NCBI GenBank assembly: GCA_002104905.1
Contig: MCFE01000428.1
Location: 1 to 64,000 of the forward strand
DNA: 64,000 bases
From: Basidiobolus meristosporus CBS 931.73
Taxonomy: Eukaryota > Fungi > Basidiobolomycota
Direction: 5' to 3'
In this document: piece after piece, positions 47,006-60,037 of the stretch
How the letters are laid out: each line of letters opens with the position of its first letter
Numbering within the stretch: position 1 is the stretch's first letter
The notes under the pieces: model-generated
Told to the model about the DNA's origin: nothing
The model's input: the letters and a program-made list of their open reading frames with translations, nothing else
Database searches by the model: none
Made by a program: the position numbers and the translations under genes

Positions 47006-49080
47006 TTACTCCATTAAAACCTGCCACTCAATATGTATTTCTGCTGTGAAGCTTATTTTCCATGACTTTGGCAGGAACCCTATGGCTTCATGCAACTGGT
47101 CATTCACTGGTTTGTACATGTCAGGGTCTTCAGCTGGCACTGCAAGGTCTAGCACCTCCTTTGCCAGTCTTTGCAATAAATCCTTGCAATATTCAAGTGT
47201 GTTTTCTTGAGCACTGCTCTTGAAGAAGTGTGTAACCTCTTGGTGTGCCAATAATGTTCCAAAATTCCCCTGTAGGCAATGTCATAGTCTTTTGAGTTCT
47301 TGACATTATTGCTTTGTCTGTCAGTGGGGTTTCCACTTTATCTACAATGGAGGACATGGAAGCAGTGGTAGACAAATTGCTTTTGTCTGCAAGCTCATTG
47401 ACCTCACTAGAGTGGAGCTCAACTGGTGGTGCTTCCAACTGTTGAGAAAACAGCTGTTTTCTTATTGGTAATTCTCTTGGCCAATATGGGGTACATCCTG
47501 TTGTGGACTCTTGGTGTTGGTGAAAACTGCAGCTTTTTTCTCACACTTCCATGTCGTTGGCTTGGTAGACTTTTTCTCTTTGCCTTTACCTTTATCATTG
47601 CCAAGTCTTTACTGCTACTTTGACTGAGTGCTTCTTGTATTTTACTATGTTTTCTTTTTGATGTATGCTGCAATGGAACATCTGTTTTGCCTGCTTGTCC
47701 CCTGCCAGCACTCTTCCAGCCACCTGACATTTCTTTGACACTTGTTTGGAACTTGACACCTTGCTTGTGGCAGGCTCCTGAGAAAGTCACAGTTTCTTAT
47801 TGCTGTCAAGTTGTTCACTGCTACTGTGACTGTGTGCTTCTTTTATTGATATGCATTTGCTCCAAGTTGAATGCTGCTCTGATGCATCTGTTTCTGCCTG
47901 CTTGTCCCTTACCAGCCCTCTCCTGGTAACCTGATGTTCCTTAGCCACTTGTTTTGAGCTTTCAGCCCTGCTTCTGACAGGGTCCTGAGAAAGCTGCAAT
48001 TTTTTATCACTACCAGGTCCTTCACTGGTACCTTAAATGAGGGTTTCTGGTATTGCACTCTGTTTTTTCCTTGGTAAATGCTGCAATGATGCATCTGTTT
48101 CTGCCTTCATGTCCCTTACTGGCATTCTTCTGGCTACCAGATGTTTCTTTGTTGTGTTTTTGGAACCTTCAGCTTGTGACAAGCACTTGGGGAAGCTGAT
48201 GGCTTTTATCTGTGGCACCCTTGTTCTACTACCTTTGATAGTTTCTGCTACTCTTGAGATACTTTCTTAGCATACCAATGCTTGCTTGAATCCAGGAAAA
48301 TGCTCATAGAGCAGGTCAAGCACATTATGCTTGGCCTTGAGTTCCTAAAGGTCCCATGGTATGCTGGCCTTGAGGTGATGCCATGCTAGACTTCTAGTAG
48401 CCTCTAGAGTATTAGCCCACTCTTCATCATTACACTCAATGGCTTCACAGATCTTCAATGTCTTTTCATTTTTAGGCTTGGGTATAAATGCCACAGTCTC
48501 CCTCCCATGCTGTAATAGGTTTTCCTGTGGACTTTATCTTTGTGCACTGTTGTTATGTTTTAAAGACTGTTTGGTGCTCCTCTACTATAATATTTGGAAA
48601 TGGCTCAATTCATGGATGTTATATTGAGCTAATTGAGTTTCTTCTTTGCTGCAAATATACTGCATTCCATACCTGGGATACTGATTACTCTACCTGCATT
48701 ATTTGCTCATCCTGTTTCTGGACTATTTCCTGATTTCTCTGGGCCATTGCCTCTATCCTATCAACCTCTGTACCTAATTGCCTCATCAATGTGTTGGTAT
48801 GAGCTGACAAAGTACTTGCTAATATGGGTGGTGGTGATGTTATGATGGACACTTGCTGGTCTTCAACTGAAGGTACTGCATTTGCTACATTTTCATCTTC
48901 CTCAGCAACGTGGTCAGCTCATGGCTCTGCAGATATTTCCAATTGCCTACTTGACTGAGAGCCTGCCTTTTTGCAACAAGATCCACTCATGTAAATGTAG
49001 AGTGCATAAAGACCATAACAGTGCCTTGCAATTCTTGTCAAAAGACCATGCAAACACTATCAGGTTTTTAAACTTAATTT
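47006..49080 (-). pseudogene. Decayed ORF of an unidentified repeat family with internal tandem repeats
   Basis: Overlapping minus-strand ORF fragments with protein-like composition, CpG-depleted; partial second copy at 2700-3115. Confidence 0.5.
47560..48200 (-). repeat. Three diverged tandem units of about 206 bp
   Basis: catctgttt(c)tgcct..tgtccc recurs at about 47680, 47885 and 48092; actgctact.tgactg.gtgcttctt at about 47611 and 47817. Confidence 0.85.
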
Positions 49081-49601
49081 GGCAGTAAAATTAGCAAAAC
49101 ACTTTACAATCCTGTCATAAGACTGTGTAGAGGGTCATTAATTCCAAGCTATGACATCACAACAGCCTCCTTACAGGATCCTGAGAGATTTTACCCAACA
49201 GCAAGAAGTTGTAATCAAGAAGGTCTCAATGGGAAACAACAGAACACTCCTTAAGTAAGAATATCTAGAATAGGAAAGCAAAGTACCATTATAGTATTAG
49301 CTGAGTTCCAACTCTCATGACAGTGATAACTCTCAATATCACTGGGACTAGCTTCTTTGCCGGAAAGAACACATCCTTTCCCAGGGATGACAAGGTCTAC
49401 TAGCATTCATACCAAATTTGGTCTTCAGTTGCTTATTGTTTGCAATCAAAGTTGCAGCTGCAAATTTAAGCAAAAAAACCAGCTGAATACCAACTGAAAA
49501 TCCAATAAAATCCAACTTTTAGATTTTGCATAGGGATCTGATGCACTTGAGCAGGCAGCAAACCAAGTATATTACAGTAGTAATGAAGGAGGCCTTATAT
49601 A

Positions 49602-52600
49602 TGTTGTAAAAATTCGTAATTCCACCTAAATATTCACCTAACTTAGTCACTTAGATCATTACCTTCAAATCCTAGAGAATACTGACCAAATTCCTTGTTG
49701 GGATTTACTTGGAATATTTTCACCAAAATACCAGGTACCCAGAACATGAAAATTCTCAAAGTTGTCCAAACAGCCCCAAACTTTGCACACATGTTCTTGG
49801 GACCTTCCTTAACCTATTATACAGGTTTGTTATGCCAAGACCAGGTAAAAGTATAAATACTACTTTTACAATCAATAAATCATTATGTGAAAACCACATA
49901 ATCTACTTGTTCTCCAAATCACTTCCAATATCTCCAAGACTCTTACAACAGGTTATGAGCCCCAAGCTGTCACTCTCTGCAATGTCTACTACTGCTATTA
50001 CTGAAATTTTTCCCTCTGCTGAAAAGTTGGATGGATCTAACTACCAAGTGTGGAAGGTGAAGATGAAGATGCTGCTACAAGAAAGAGGCCTTTGGGATAT
50101 TGTCATGGGAGAAAAATGCCCTCCTAAAAACGTGGGAGAGGAAGCCTTAAAGTACCAGAAGAAAGAACAAAGTGCCTTAACTGCATTTGCCTTAATGTCA
50201 AGGACAAATTGCTAATTCAATGCTCAAGAGCAAAAACGGCAAAGAATGCCTGGAAGGCATTAGAAGACACCTACTAGTCATGTTCAGCTGCCAAGAAAAT
50301 GTATCTGAGAAGAAAATTCTTTACTACAAAGATGCTGCCTGGAGAAGAAATGAAAAATCTATTTAACAGAATTACCCTGCTGGTAGATGAGATGGAATCA
50401 GTGGGCGTACCAACTACTGATGAGGATGTGATAGTTACCATCCTGAATAGCCTGACAGACAAGTTTCAGGGCCTTGTATCAGCCCTAGAGTCCAGAACTG
50501 AAGATTTGACCTTAAATTACGTATATGGAAGGCTCCTGGATGAAGAATTAAGAAAATCAAGCAACAATAAGAAGGAAGAAGAAAATGCTTTAATAAGCAA
50601 TGATAACCAACAAAGGAGGTACCCAAGACCCTACAAAGGCAACAGCAACCTATTTTGCAACTACTGCAAAAGGAAAGGACACACATCAGACCGGTGTTTC
50701 AAAAAGAGAGATTATCAGCAAAAGAAGCCTGAATATGGAAATGCTGCAACAACTGAAGATAGACTATTCATATCTGCACTAAATATGACCACAAACAAGG
50801 ATTCTCAGACGTGGTATATTGACTCTGGAGCTTCTCAACACTTTACACACCAAAAAGAACTTTTTACCCAATATCAAGAAATTCCAATTAAGAAGGTTTT
50901 CATGGGTGACAATAGAACACTTGATGCAGTGGGAGAAGGAACTATCCAAGTAAACCTTAGAAGCAGTGAAGGAAGCCATACACTGACCTTTAAAGAAGTA
51001 CTCTATGTACCAGAAATAGCCAAGAACCTACTCTCTGTAAGCAAGGCCACAGCAGAAGGACTCAGTTTCAGTTTTGACAATTCTGGATGCAGGATCACTG
51101 ATCAAAATGGTGCCCCTATTGCTTTGGGCATCAGAGATCAAAATCTATACAAGTTGACTTATATTCCATCATATCTGGAAGCCAATATAAGTAACTTAAA
51201 TGAAGAAACACCAATGCTTTGGCACAGGAGATTTGGGCACATCAATTCTGATTATTTGCGCAAAATGATCAAAGATCAGCTAATTTCTGGAGTGAAAATT
51301 GATCCCCCAGCTAATTTGGAGCACTGTGAAGCCTGCATATATGGGAAACAAGCCAGACAACCGCTCAAGAGCTCTGGGTCAATCAAAAACTAAGAAAAAA
51401 TTAGATCTAATTCACTCAGATCTGTGTGGACCTATGCAAAATATATCCTTAGGCGGGATGAAGTATTTGATCACTTTTATTGATGATTATACATGATACA
51501 CATGGGTCTACTTCATGGAGAGAAAGGAAGAAGCTCTGTCTAAGTTCAAGGAGTTTAAAGCCATGGTGGAGAGAGAAACTGGTGAAAAAATCAAGAAAAT
51601 ATGCTCTGACATTGGTGGAGAATATACCTCAAAACTCTTCATCCACTTCTGCAAATTTCATGGGATAAAGCAAGAGACTACTGTACCATACTCCCCACAG
51701 CAAAATGGAGTAGCAGAACAAGCTAACAGAACAATAATTGATATGGCAAGATACAAGATCCATGATCAAAAATTATCCTATGATTTTTGGGTGGAATCAG
51801 TTGCCACTGCTGTATACCTTAAAAATAGGAGTTATAACAGAATACTTCGTGATTCTACTCCATTTGAAGCATGGTATGGATACAGACCAAGTGCAGAACA
51901 TCTAAGAATATTTGGGTGCACAGCATATGCCAAAAAACTGGCCAGAAATCAGTCAAAATTTGAGCCAAAAAGTGTAAAATGCATATTTTTGGGCTACTAC
52001 AATGAGAGTAAGGCATACAGACTCTACAATACCAAAGCAAAGAAGCTTATCAAGTCCAGGGATGTGTTGTTTGATGAAAATTCAAAATTTTCACAAAAAA
52101 TGACATCAGATGATGATGAAAATTTGATCTCAAGTCCACCAATTGTCAGGATTGAATAAGAGCAAAACAATGAAAATTTTTTCACTCCAGAGGACTTTAC
52201 AACCATGGTTCAGCCAGAATCAGTGCCCAGGAATATCCCAGAAGTGATCCTTCCAGTATCAAATGCCCAGAGATCCAATCGGACAAGAAATAGCCCAAAT
52301 TACTATATTAATGAGGGTACAAACTTAGCCTATGCTTATTCAGTCCATGTTGATGAGCCCCAGACTGTAAAAGTGGCCCTAAATAGCCCTCAGACAAAGT
52401 TTTGGAGATCTGCAATGACTGAGGAATATCAGGCACTGATGGAAAATCAAACTTGGGACTTAGTCAAATTACCAATCAACCAAAAATCAATTGGATGCAG
52501 ATGGGTCTTCAAGACAAAATACAAGGCTGATGGTACAATTGAAAGATACAAAGCAAGACTTGTAGCCAAAGGATACTCTCAAACAAAAGGACTTGACTAT

Positions 52601-54285
52601 ACTGAGACCTTTGCACCGGTAGCCAAGTTTAACTCCATCAGATTAATATTAGCTATTGCAGCCAAATATAAGTTTTTTATTTATCAAATGGATGTAAAAA
52701 CTGCATTTTTGAATGGAGAACCTGATGAGGACGTGTATATGGACCAGCCTGATGGGTTTGTTAACCAAGATAACCCCCATTTGGTCTGCAAGCTTAAAAA
52801 GTCACTATATGGTCTCAAACAATCACCAAGAGCCTGGAATTGCAAGATAGATTCTTATTTGGAATCTTTGAGTATCAAAAGAAGTAATGCTGACTATAGT
52901 ATATACTATAAGCCAGATAGAGCAAATCCAGTTCTATTAGCCCTATATGTGGATGATCTTATTATAGCCGCCAATAACCTAGAAACATTGGAAGAGACTA
53001 AATCCAGCCTATCTAAGGAGTTCAAGATGTCCAATCTAGGAGAACTTAGTTACTACTTAGGGATTAAGTTCTCCATAGACAGAAGTACCCAGACTATTAC
53101 CCTAAGCCAATCCAAGTATATTCAAGATATACTAAAGAAGTACAAAATGGAAGACTGTAAACTGGCAGCTACCCCAATGGAGACAAACCTTAACTTGGTC
53201 AAAACTCAACCAAATCAAGAGAGCTTGGTGCCATCTGAAAGCCCTGACTTTCCTTATCAATCTATGGTTGGCAGTCTGATGTATATCATGCTTGGAACAT
53301 GTCCAGATATCTCATATTCAGTGGGTGTTGTCAGCCAACATAATCAGAATTATGAATCTGATCATATTGCAGCAGTTAAGTGGATTTTTAGATACCTAAA
53401 AGGAACTGCTGATATCTGCTTAAGATACACTTATAAGGATTCGGAACAGGATCTTGTGGGATACTCTGATGCTGATTGGGGACAAAATTTGGAAGACAGA
53501 AGATCCACCACAGGATACACCTTTCTTTACTGTAAAGGAGCAATATCATGGAACTCAAGAAAGCAACCAACCGTAGCACTTTCCACCACAGAGGCAGAGT
53601 ATATGGCAGCCTGTGAAGCTACAAAAGAAGCAATGTGGTTAAGAAAGCTGTTTACAGATTTAGGCCTATGTCAAAAAACGCCTATTACTTTATTTCAAGA
53701 TAATCAAGGATGTATACAATTAGGTAGAAATCCAACTTTTCATGCTAGAACCAAGCACATAGATATTAGACATCATTTCATACGTGAAGCTATAGAGAAT
53801 AACTTAGTTAGCTTAGTTTACTGTCCTACAGATGAAATGATTGCAGACATATTTACCAAACCATTAGCTAGAGACAAGTTTGAATATCTTAGGTCAAAAT
53901 TAGGACTAGTCAGTATGAACATTTAGCTGAGTGGGAGTGTTGTAAAAATTTGTATTTCCACCTAAATATTCACCTAACTTAGTCACTTAGATCATTACCT
54001 TCAAATCCTAGAGAATACTGACCAAATTCCTTGTTGGGATTTACTTAGAATATTTTCACCAAAATACCAGTTACCCAAACATGAAAATTCTCAAAGTTGT
54101 CCAAACAGCCCCAAACTTTGCACACATGCTCTTGGGATCTTCCTTAACCTATTCTACGTGTTTGTTATGCCAAGACCAGGTAAAAGTATAAATACTACTT
54201 TTACAATCAATAAATCATTAAGTGAAAACCACATAATCTACTTGTTCTCCAAATCACTTCCAATATCTCCAAGACTCTTACAACA
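49602..54285 (+). mobile_element. Full-length inactivated Copia-2, TSD ATATA
   Basis: LTRs 49602-49950 and 53938-54285 (about 10 differences); ATATA at 49597-49601 and 54286-54290; PBS GGTTATGAGCCC at 49951; PPT before 53938. Confidence 0.97.
49955..53926 (+). pseudogene. Copia-2 gag-pol pseudogene
   Basis: Near-identical to the Copia-1 ORF, but with frameshifts near 50178 and 51388 and stops near 50275, 51494 and 52157. Confidence 0.95.
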
Positions 54286-57200
54286 ATATATACCTTCAAA
54301 GAAGTGCACTGTGTTCCAGAAACAGCCAAGCACCAATCACCTCAAACCTGGTTACAGCAGAGGGACTCAGTTTCAGTTTTGACAATTCTGGGTGCAGGGT
54401 CACTAATTGATTTTGAGCAAAAGGGTTGTAAATCTACTAATATACAGAGTAAAGGTTAATTCCCCTTCTAACTTGCAGCACTGTAAAGCCTGCACATATG
54501 GGAAACAAGCCAGATCACCATTTGACAGCTTCTGCATCATCAAAGCAACAAGAAATTAGATTTGTTTACAACAACCTATGTATACCTATAAGGTGCATCC
54601 CAATGTGAAAAGAAGTATTAAGCCACATTTATATAAAACTACACAAGATATAAGTGAATTTACTTCATGGAGAGAAAGGAAGAAGCCCTGTCTAAATTAG
54701 GGTGCTTAATGCCATGGTAGAAAGAAAAGCTGGTGAAAAAATGAACAAAATATGCACCAATTATGTTGGAGAATATATCTGAAAACTCTCAATCCTTTTC
54801 TGCAAAACTTATGGTATAAGGCAAGTGATCAATACGCCATACTCCCCACAGCAAAATGGGGTGTCATAGCATTTACAAAGGCCAAATATATATTGCAAGA
54901 ACTGTGATCCATGTTTAGCAATCATCTTGCTTTTTTGGGCAGTATCAGTTAAGACCATTATGCCTTGAAAATCAGAGTAGTGCAGAGTATCTTGTTATAC
55001 TGCTCCATTTGTGACATGGCATAGATATAGACCAAATGCAGAGCATCTAACAATATTTGGTTGCATAGCATATCCCAAGAAACCACCCAGAAATTAGTCT
55101 AAATTTGAGCCAAAAAGTGTAAAAAGCATACTTATGGGCCACTGCAATGGGAGTATGGCATACAGAGCATACTATACCAAAGCAATGAGGCTGCTCAAGT
55201 CTAAGCATATGCTGTTTGAAGAATACTCCTATTGTTACAAAGAATGGTATCAGATGATGACAAAAACCAATCTCAAATCCACCAGTGGTCTTGTTTAAAT
55301 CAGAATATTAAATTGCAGATTTTTTCACTGCAGAGGACTCTAAAACCATGATGCAGCCTGAATCAGTGGCCAGGAGTATCTCACAAGTGATCATTCCTGT
55401 ATTGCAAGGCAGAAAATGTAACTGCATTTGAAATATCCCAAATTACTATATCAATGAGAGTACAAACTTAGCCTAAGCCTATTCAGTCCATATTGATGAG
55501 CCCCAAGCAGTATAAGTGACCCTAAATAGGCCTCAGACAAAGTTTTGTAGATCTGAAAGGGCTGAGCAATATCAGGCCCTTGTGGAAAATCAAACTTGGG
55601 ACTTGGCCAAAGCATCAATCAACTGCAAATCAATTGAATGTAGATGGGTCTTCCAGACAAAATACAATGCTATTTGGCCGTAGACATATATTTCAGGAGT
55701 TGGCTAGGCTAAATAGCGTTCATACCAAGTCTGGCAATAAGCCACTCACTGCTTCCACAATGAATTACCACTGAGATTTATATCCCAAAAGCTCTCACAA
55801 CACTACTCCATTTGAAGGCATCCCTCACTGAAACAACTTATGACTGCATCCCATGCTATAACAACTTTGGTAGATAGACTGAGCCCATATCAAGCATCGG
55901 AACTGGTTGAAAGGGGAAGATGATACACCTTGAATATTTGGGCCTATGTCACATGATTTCTAACACCAAGAGCCCAAAATGGCCATGAAAATCCTATTTT
56001 CATAGGAACAGGGTAACCATTATGGCACTTGAATAATTGAGCCCATGGAATGGTTCATTCAGACAATTATTGAGCTGGTTCCAATAGATCGAACGTACAT
56101 CTCCGTGATAATATGGAATGCTGTCTATTCACAGCAAACTAAACAAATCAACCAGTGTCAAGGGTCTTTGCGCCATAGCTTCGGCAACATATTCTCGTTG
56201 ACCAATTTGGGAAACTTCCATCCCAATTTCAAATCCAAAGGCTCCAGAATCCAGGTAACTTCCGCTTATATTCTGATTACATACCCGTCATCACCTTGGT
56301 GTGTGCAGCGACTCGTGTAAAGGGGCCGAGATAACAGTCTACACCCAGGCAATCACACGACCAGATGATTAGTGATAACCGTAAGGCCCCCAGGAGAAGT
56401 GATTATCTATCAAGTGAACAGCAAACCTTGGCTCATCTACAAGCTGCGTAGTGGAATCCGGTTCGATTGTCACCGATTGATCAATATAATAGGTATTCAT
56501 GATCTTCCACGACCAAGAAATGCCAGATGTATACTGCCGCAGCGCGTTAGTCAAGCACAACGTGGTCAGCAGCTGCGCAATACGAGGGCCAATCTTCCAC
56601 ATATACGTGGTTACAAAAAATGATTTCAATGGGTAATCCGGTATGATTGAACAGTTGACCCTGTGGAAATCATGCTACCGGTTGAATATTTATCTGGCCA
56701 CTGGTACTGGGAAGGCGTGCCTCAACCGAAGTTTTCCGGATTCGGCCAGGATGCAGACTGGTCATCATCTCCTTTGGAAAGGCGAAGGAATCGATGATGC
56801 GTAATGGGGAGCCCGTTATAGGAATGTTCGTTCCAACCCAAACCGGATCTCCCTACAATAGATCTAGTACTGCTTGGGCTTCCTCGTCCCCAATAATCCA
56901 CACGCCCTAGATTCAGCACCGAGGTTGGGCTTTCTTGCCTTGTGAATATCCGTTTCGACGTGGAAAGGGGGCCCTTTCAGGAACAGAAGCCGTGAGAGAT
57001 ACGGTCCGATTCGATGGCGCTCTCGCGTCATTCATGCGTTCCTTCACATTGCATTTGGCCTGCAATCATGATGGACCCTTGGAGAATGTGATTACGCTCA
57101 CTACAGCTTATGATGTCAGTATTTACAATGGAAATAGCGCCCTGGATGGGTTCAGAACTGACCATTGCATGAAACTACGGTCGGCAGATCGCTGATGATG

Positions 57201-58586
57201 AGAGGGTCCCTTCATTTCAGATACTACGCGACTTGCCGCAGCAGGGGATCTACCGATCTAACTCATAGGAGGACTAGGAGACCCCACGCTGGTTCCGACG
57301 CTTATTTACGTAACTATCAACCAACCACACCTGGGCTGGCGGATTTTGCTAGCTGCTACCAGATCTGGAGTCTCTTTTGGTGCTGTTCAACCTTGGCCAC
57401 GGCCAGGATCCCCAATTCTGGTAACAGAAATTGGAGGTAAGGTTCTATAGGCTGCGGGGAGATTCCAGATAGAGTGGCCTGGCATGTTAACGATGTATCC
57501 GGGTTCGGGATGGACACGACCAAGCAACAGCAAATCACTGGATACGCATAGAACGGTGTATTTGCATCGCCCACTAGCTTATGTTGTATAATGGGGTGCC
57601 ACATATGTACAGCATGATGAAATAAATTTGAGCAGCGCCTAATCCTGTTGACTCATGGGTGCTGAGGTGTTTCAAAGTAAGTCATTAACTGGCCTATAGG
57701 TTGTTATCAGATTGTCCCCTAATTGGTCAATCCTCTCATTTGGAGCCGCAACCGAGACGCATCAGCAAGCCTGCACCGCAGCAAGTCATGATGGGCGGTA
57801 TCGCTAATGGAGTTTGTTTAGTCACTTAGGACCCTGGAGATACTTGCAAAGTAGGCCTCCTTACAAATCGCATGTCTTCGCAGTGAGCATTATCATGTCA
57901 GCTGGAGGCCGGAGTATGCACGGATATCTTGCAATCCACTCAAGGACTCGTAGACGCAGCGGGTGACCCATCCCAACCCCTCCTCACAACCAAGGCTCGA
58001 TCTGATTAACTCCAAAGCTCCTTGTAAAGCTTTCGTGGTCATTTACTTCGACTTGATTCGCCCAGAGCAATCAGATTATCGGGAATCACATTGCCCCTAT
58101 TTAAGAATAGCGAATCATCCAAGCACACTTACAGATCTGTTGGGCTCACACTGAGAACCCAACCAGAGACAGCACAATAGTGATACCGAGAAAATTGATG
58201 TCGAATCGGTTAAATGAAATCCCAATTGATCCTACGGCGAATGCTCGTCGATCACAGGTTGCTGTCCTAAAAGGATGAGCGATGGGGTAGCCACACCGCT
58301 TGTATTTCTCCATTTATAAGTTGATTTGAATTCTAATTGACCCTTCTTGTCACTGGAGCAATAGATTGTCAAGTATTTTACCCATCCATCTGCCTCAATC
58401 AGATTGATTCTCGGGATAAATTGGGTCTTGTGAACAGATTAGTCATTTAAAACCCTCCCAGTGCGTCCCTTTTCTTTCAGCTGTTTTGGAGTCGTTTCCA
58501 GTCCCAACTAATTGCTCTATTCCATTGGGGTACACTCTAGTCTATTGACTGAACACTCTTGGCCGGTGGCTACGTATTTTGATAAA

Positions 58587-60037
58587 ATGTCCTCGAAAGT
58601 AACCTCGACTTCCATGGACAAGACCATCCCTATTACTCCAGTGCAGAAGATGGTCTCTGCTTGTAGCGGAGCTCTGATCACCTCAATCCTAGGTAAGTCC
58701 CTCAGTAGCCGACTCGAAGCGCCCTCTGGCTTACGCTCTGTCTCTCAGTTACTCCACTTGACGTCGTAAAAACGCGGCTACAGTCACAAACACTGAACCA
58801 ACGTGTCCCCAAGATAGCTTTTTGCTACGCATCGCCCTTATCGGTCGCTTGCATAGACACTTATCCCACAGTTCCACATAGAGGTTTCGCAGCCTGTCGC
58901 TTGAAAGGTCATTCCACAAGCTGTACACCCGTCTTGCGGATATGTGCCAGCGATTTTGCTGTCGAGGATGCGAACAAACAATTCAAGGGCACCTGGGTAA
59001 GCATTAGTTCACGGAGTAGAGGTATTCGTTTTCAGCACTAAATTGCTCAATAGGATGGTGTTGTGAAGATCGTTCGTAATGAGGGCTTCACCAAGTTGTG
59101 GAAGGGATTGTCCCCTACTTTGTAAGTAGCACTTTCTGTACAAGCCGCTGAACGGCGTACTAAGTTCGCACTGCTTAGGTTAATGCAAATCCCTGCCACG
59201 GCTATATACTATGTTGGATATGATCATATGCGGGATTTCATTAAGCTCAATGTCAACGATCCTAACATTGATAAGTTCAGCCCGTTGATTGTTGGTTCCC
59301 TCGCCCGAAGTAAGTCTTTTTCATTGGAGAGTGACGTCCAAGTGCGTGTATTGACTCTGTTTACAGCATGCGCTGCTACATGTATATCACCAATCGAGTT
59401 GATTAGAACAAGGGTTCAATCCACTGCTGCTGGTACTGGGTTATCAGGTACAATAACTTGATTCTTGGAGTCGAGGCAGCCGTACAGATTTTCTGACTTC
59501 TTTTGTCCATGTTAGAGGTGATGAGTGGTGTTGCTAAAATGGTAAAGAACTCCGGAGCCTCCTCCCTTTGGAGAGGCTTGAGCCCCACTTTGTGGAGAGA
59601 TGTTCCGTTTTCTGGTAAGTCCGGCATATTCATAGCAGCAATAGCTTCGATTCTAACCATCGCGTAAAGGTATCTACTGGATGGGGTACGAGTCTATCAA
59701 GACTTCCATATTGAATCAGCGCTCTGAAGAAGCGCCTTTAACCCCTTCGGATGAATTCGAGCTGGCATTTGTTGCAGGGGCCCTCTCCGGCTCTATTGCT
59801 GCTGTGTTGACCACCCCATTTGACGTGGCCAAAACACGCATTCAAGTTGATTCATCCAACGACACGCTCGTCAACAGGAAACCTCGTATGTTCGACATCA
59901 TGAAGAGCATCGCTCGAAATGAAGGCATCGGGGGGCTTTTTACCGGGCTGATCCCCCGAGTAGCCAAGGTTGCCCCTTCTTGCGCCATTATGATCTCAAG
60001 TTATGAAGTAGGAAAGGCGCTGTTCCGAGAGGATTGA
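58587..60037 (+). CDS. MTM1: Mitochondrial carrier, MTM1/SLC25A39-40 subfamily, 366 aa; exons 58587-58692, 58749-58996, 59054-59121, 59179-59309, 59367-59447, 59516-59614, 59670-60037
   Basis: KMVSACSGALITSILVTPLDVVKTRLQ, SPIELIRTR, LWRDVPFSGIYW, TTPFDVAKTR, KVAPSCAIMISSYE; six GT-AG introns of 55-68 bp; total length divisible by 3. Confidence 0.88.

Larger units (their letters stand above)
49500..55670 (+). mobile_element. Older diverged Copia-family copy, split by Copia-2 in its protease region
   Basis: Joined flanks (ccaagtatattacagtagtaatgaaggaggccttatata|taccttcaaagaagtgcactgtg) align with the family sequence ccaagtaaaccttagaagcagtgaaggaagccatacactgacctttaaagaagtactctatg; similarity continues through integrase to the RT start near 55670. 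Confidence 0.8.

Noticed and set aside
45828-55960. Large TIR element or point-centromere CDEI motifs (ATCACGTGACATA at about 45830; TATGTCACATGAT at about 55945)
   Set aside because: The inverted match is only about 12 bp with no TSD or extended TIR. RTCACRTG also occurs in the LTRs and is a common E-box, with no CDEII/III context.
56040-58500. Short ORFs and isolated splice-like sites upstream of the carrier gene
   Set aside because: No coherent gene model or homology could be recognised.
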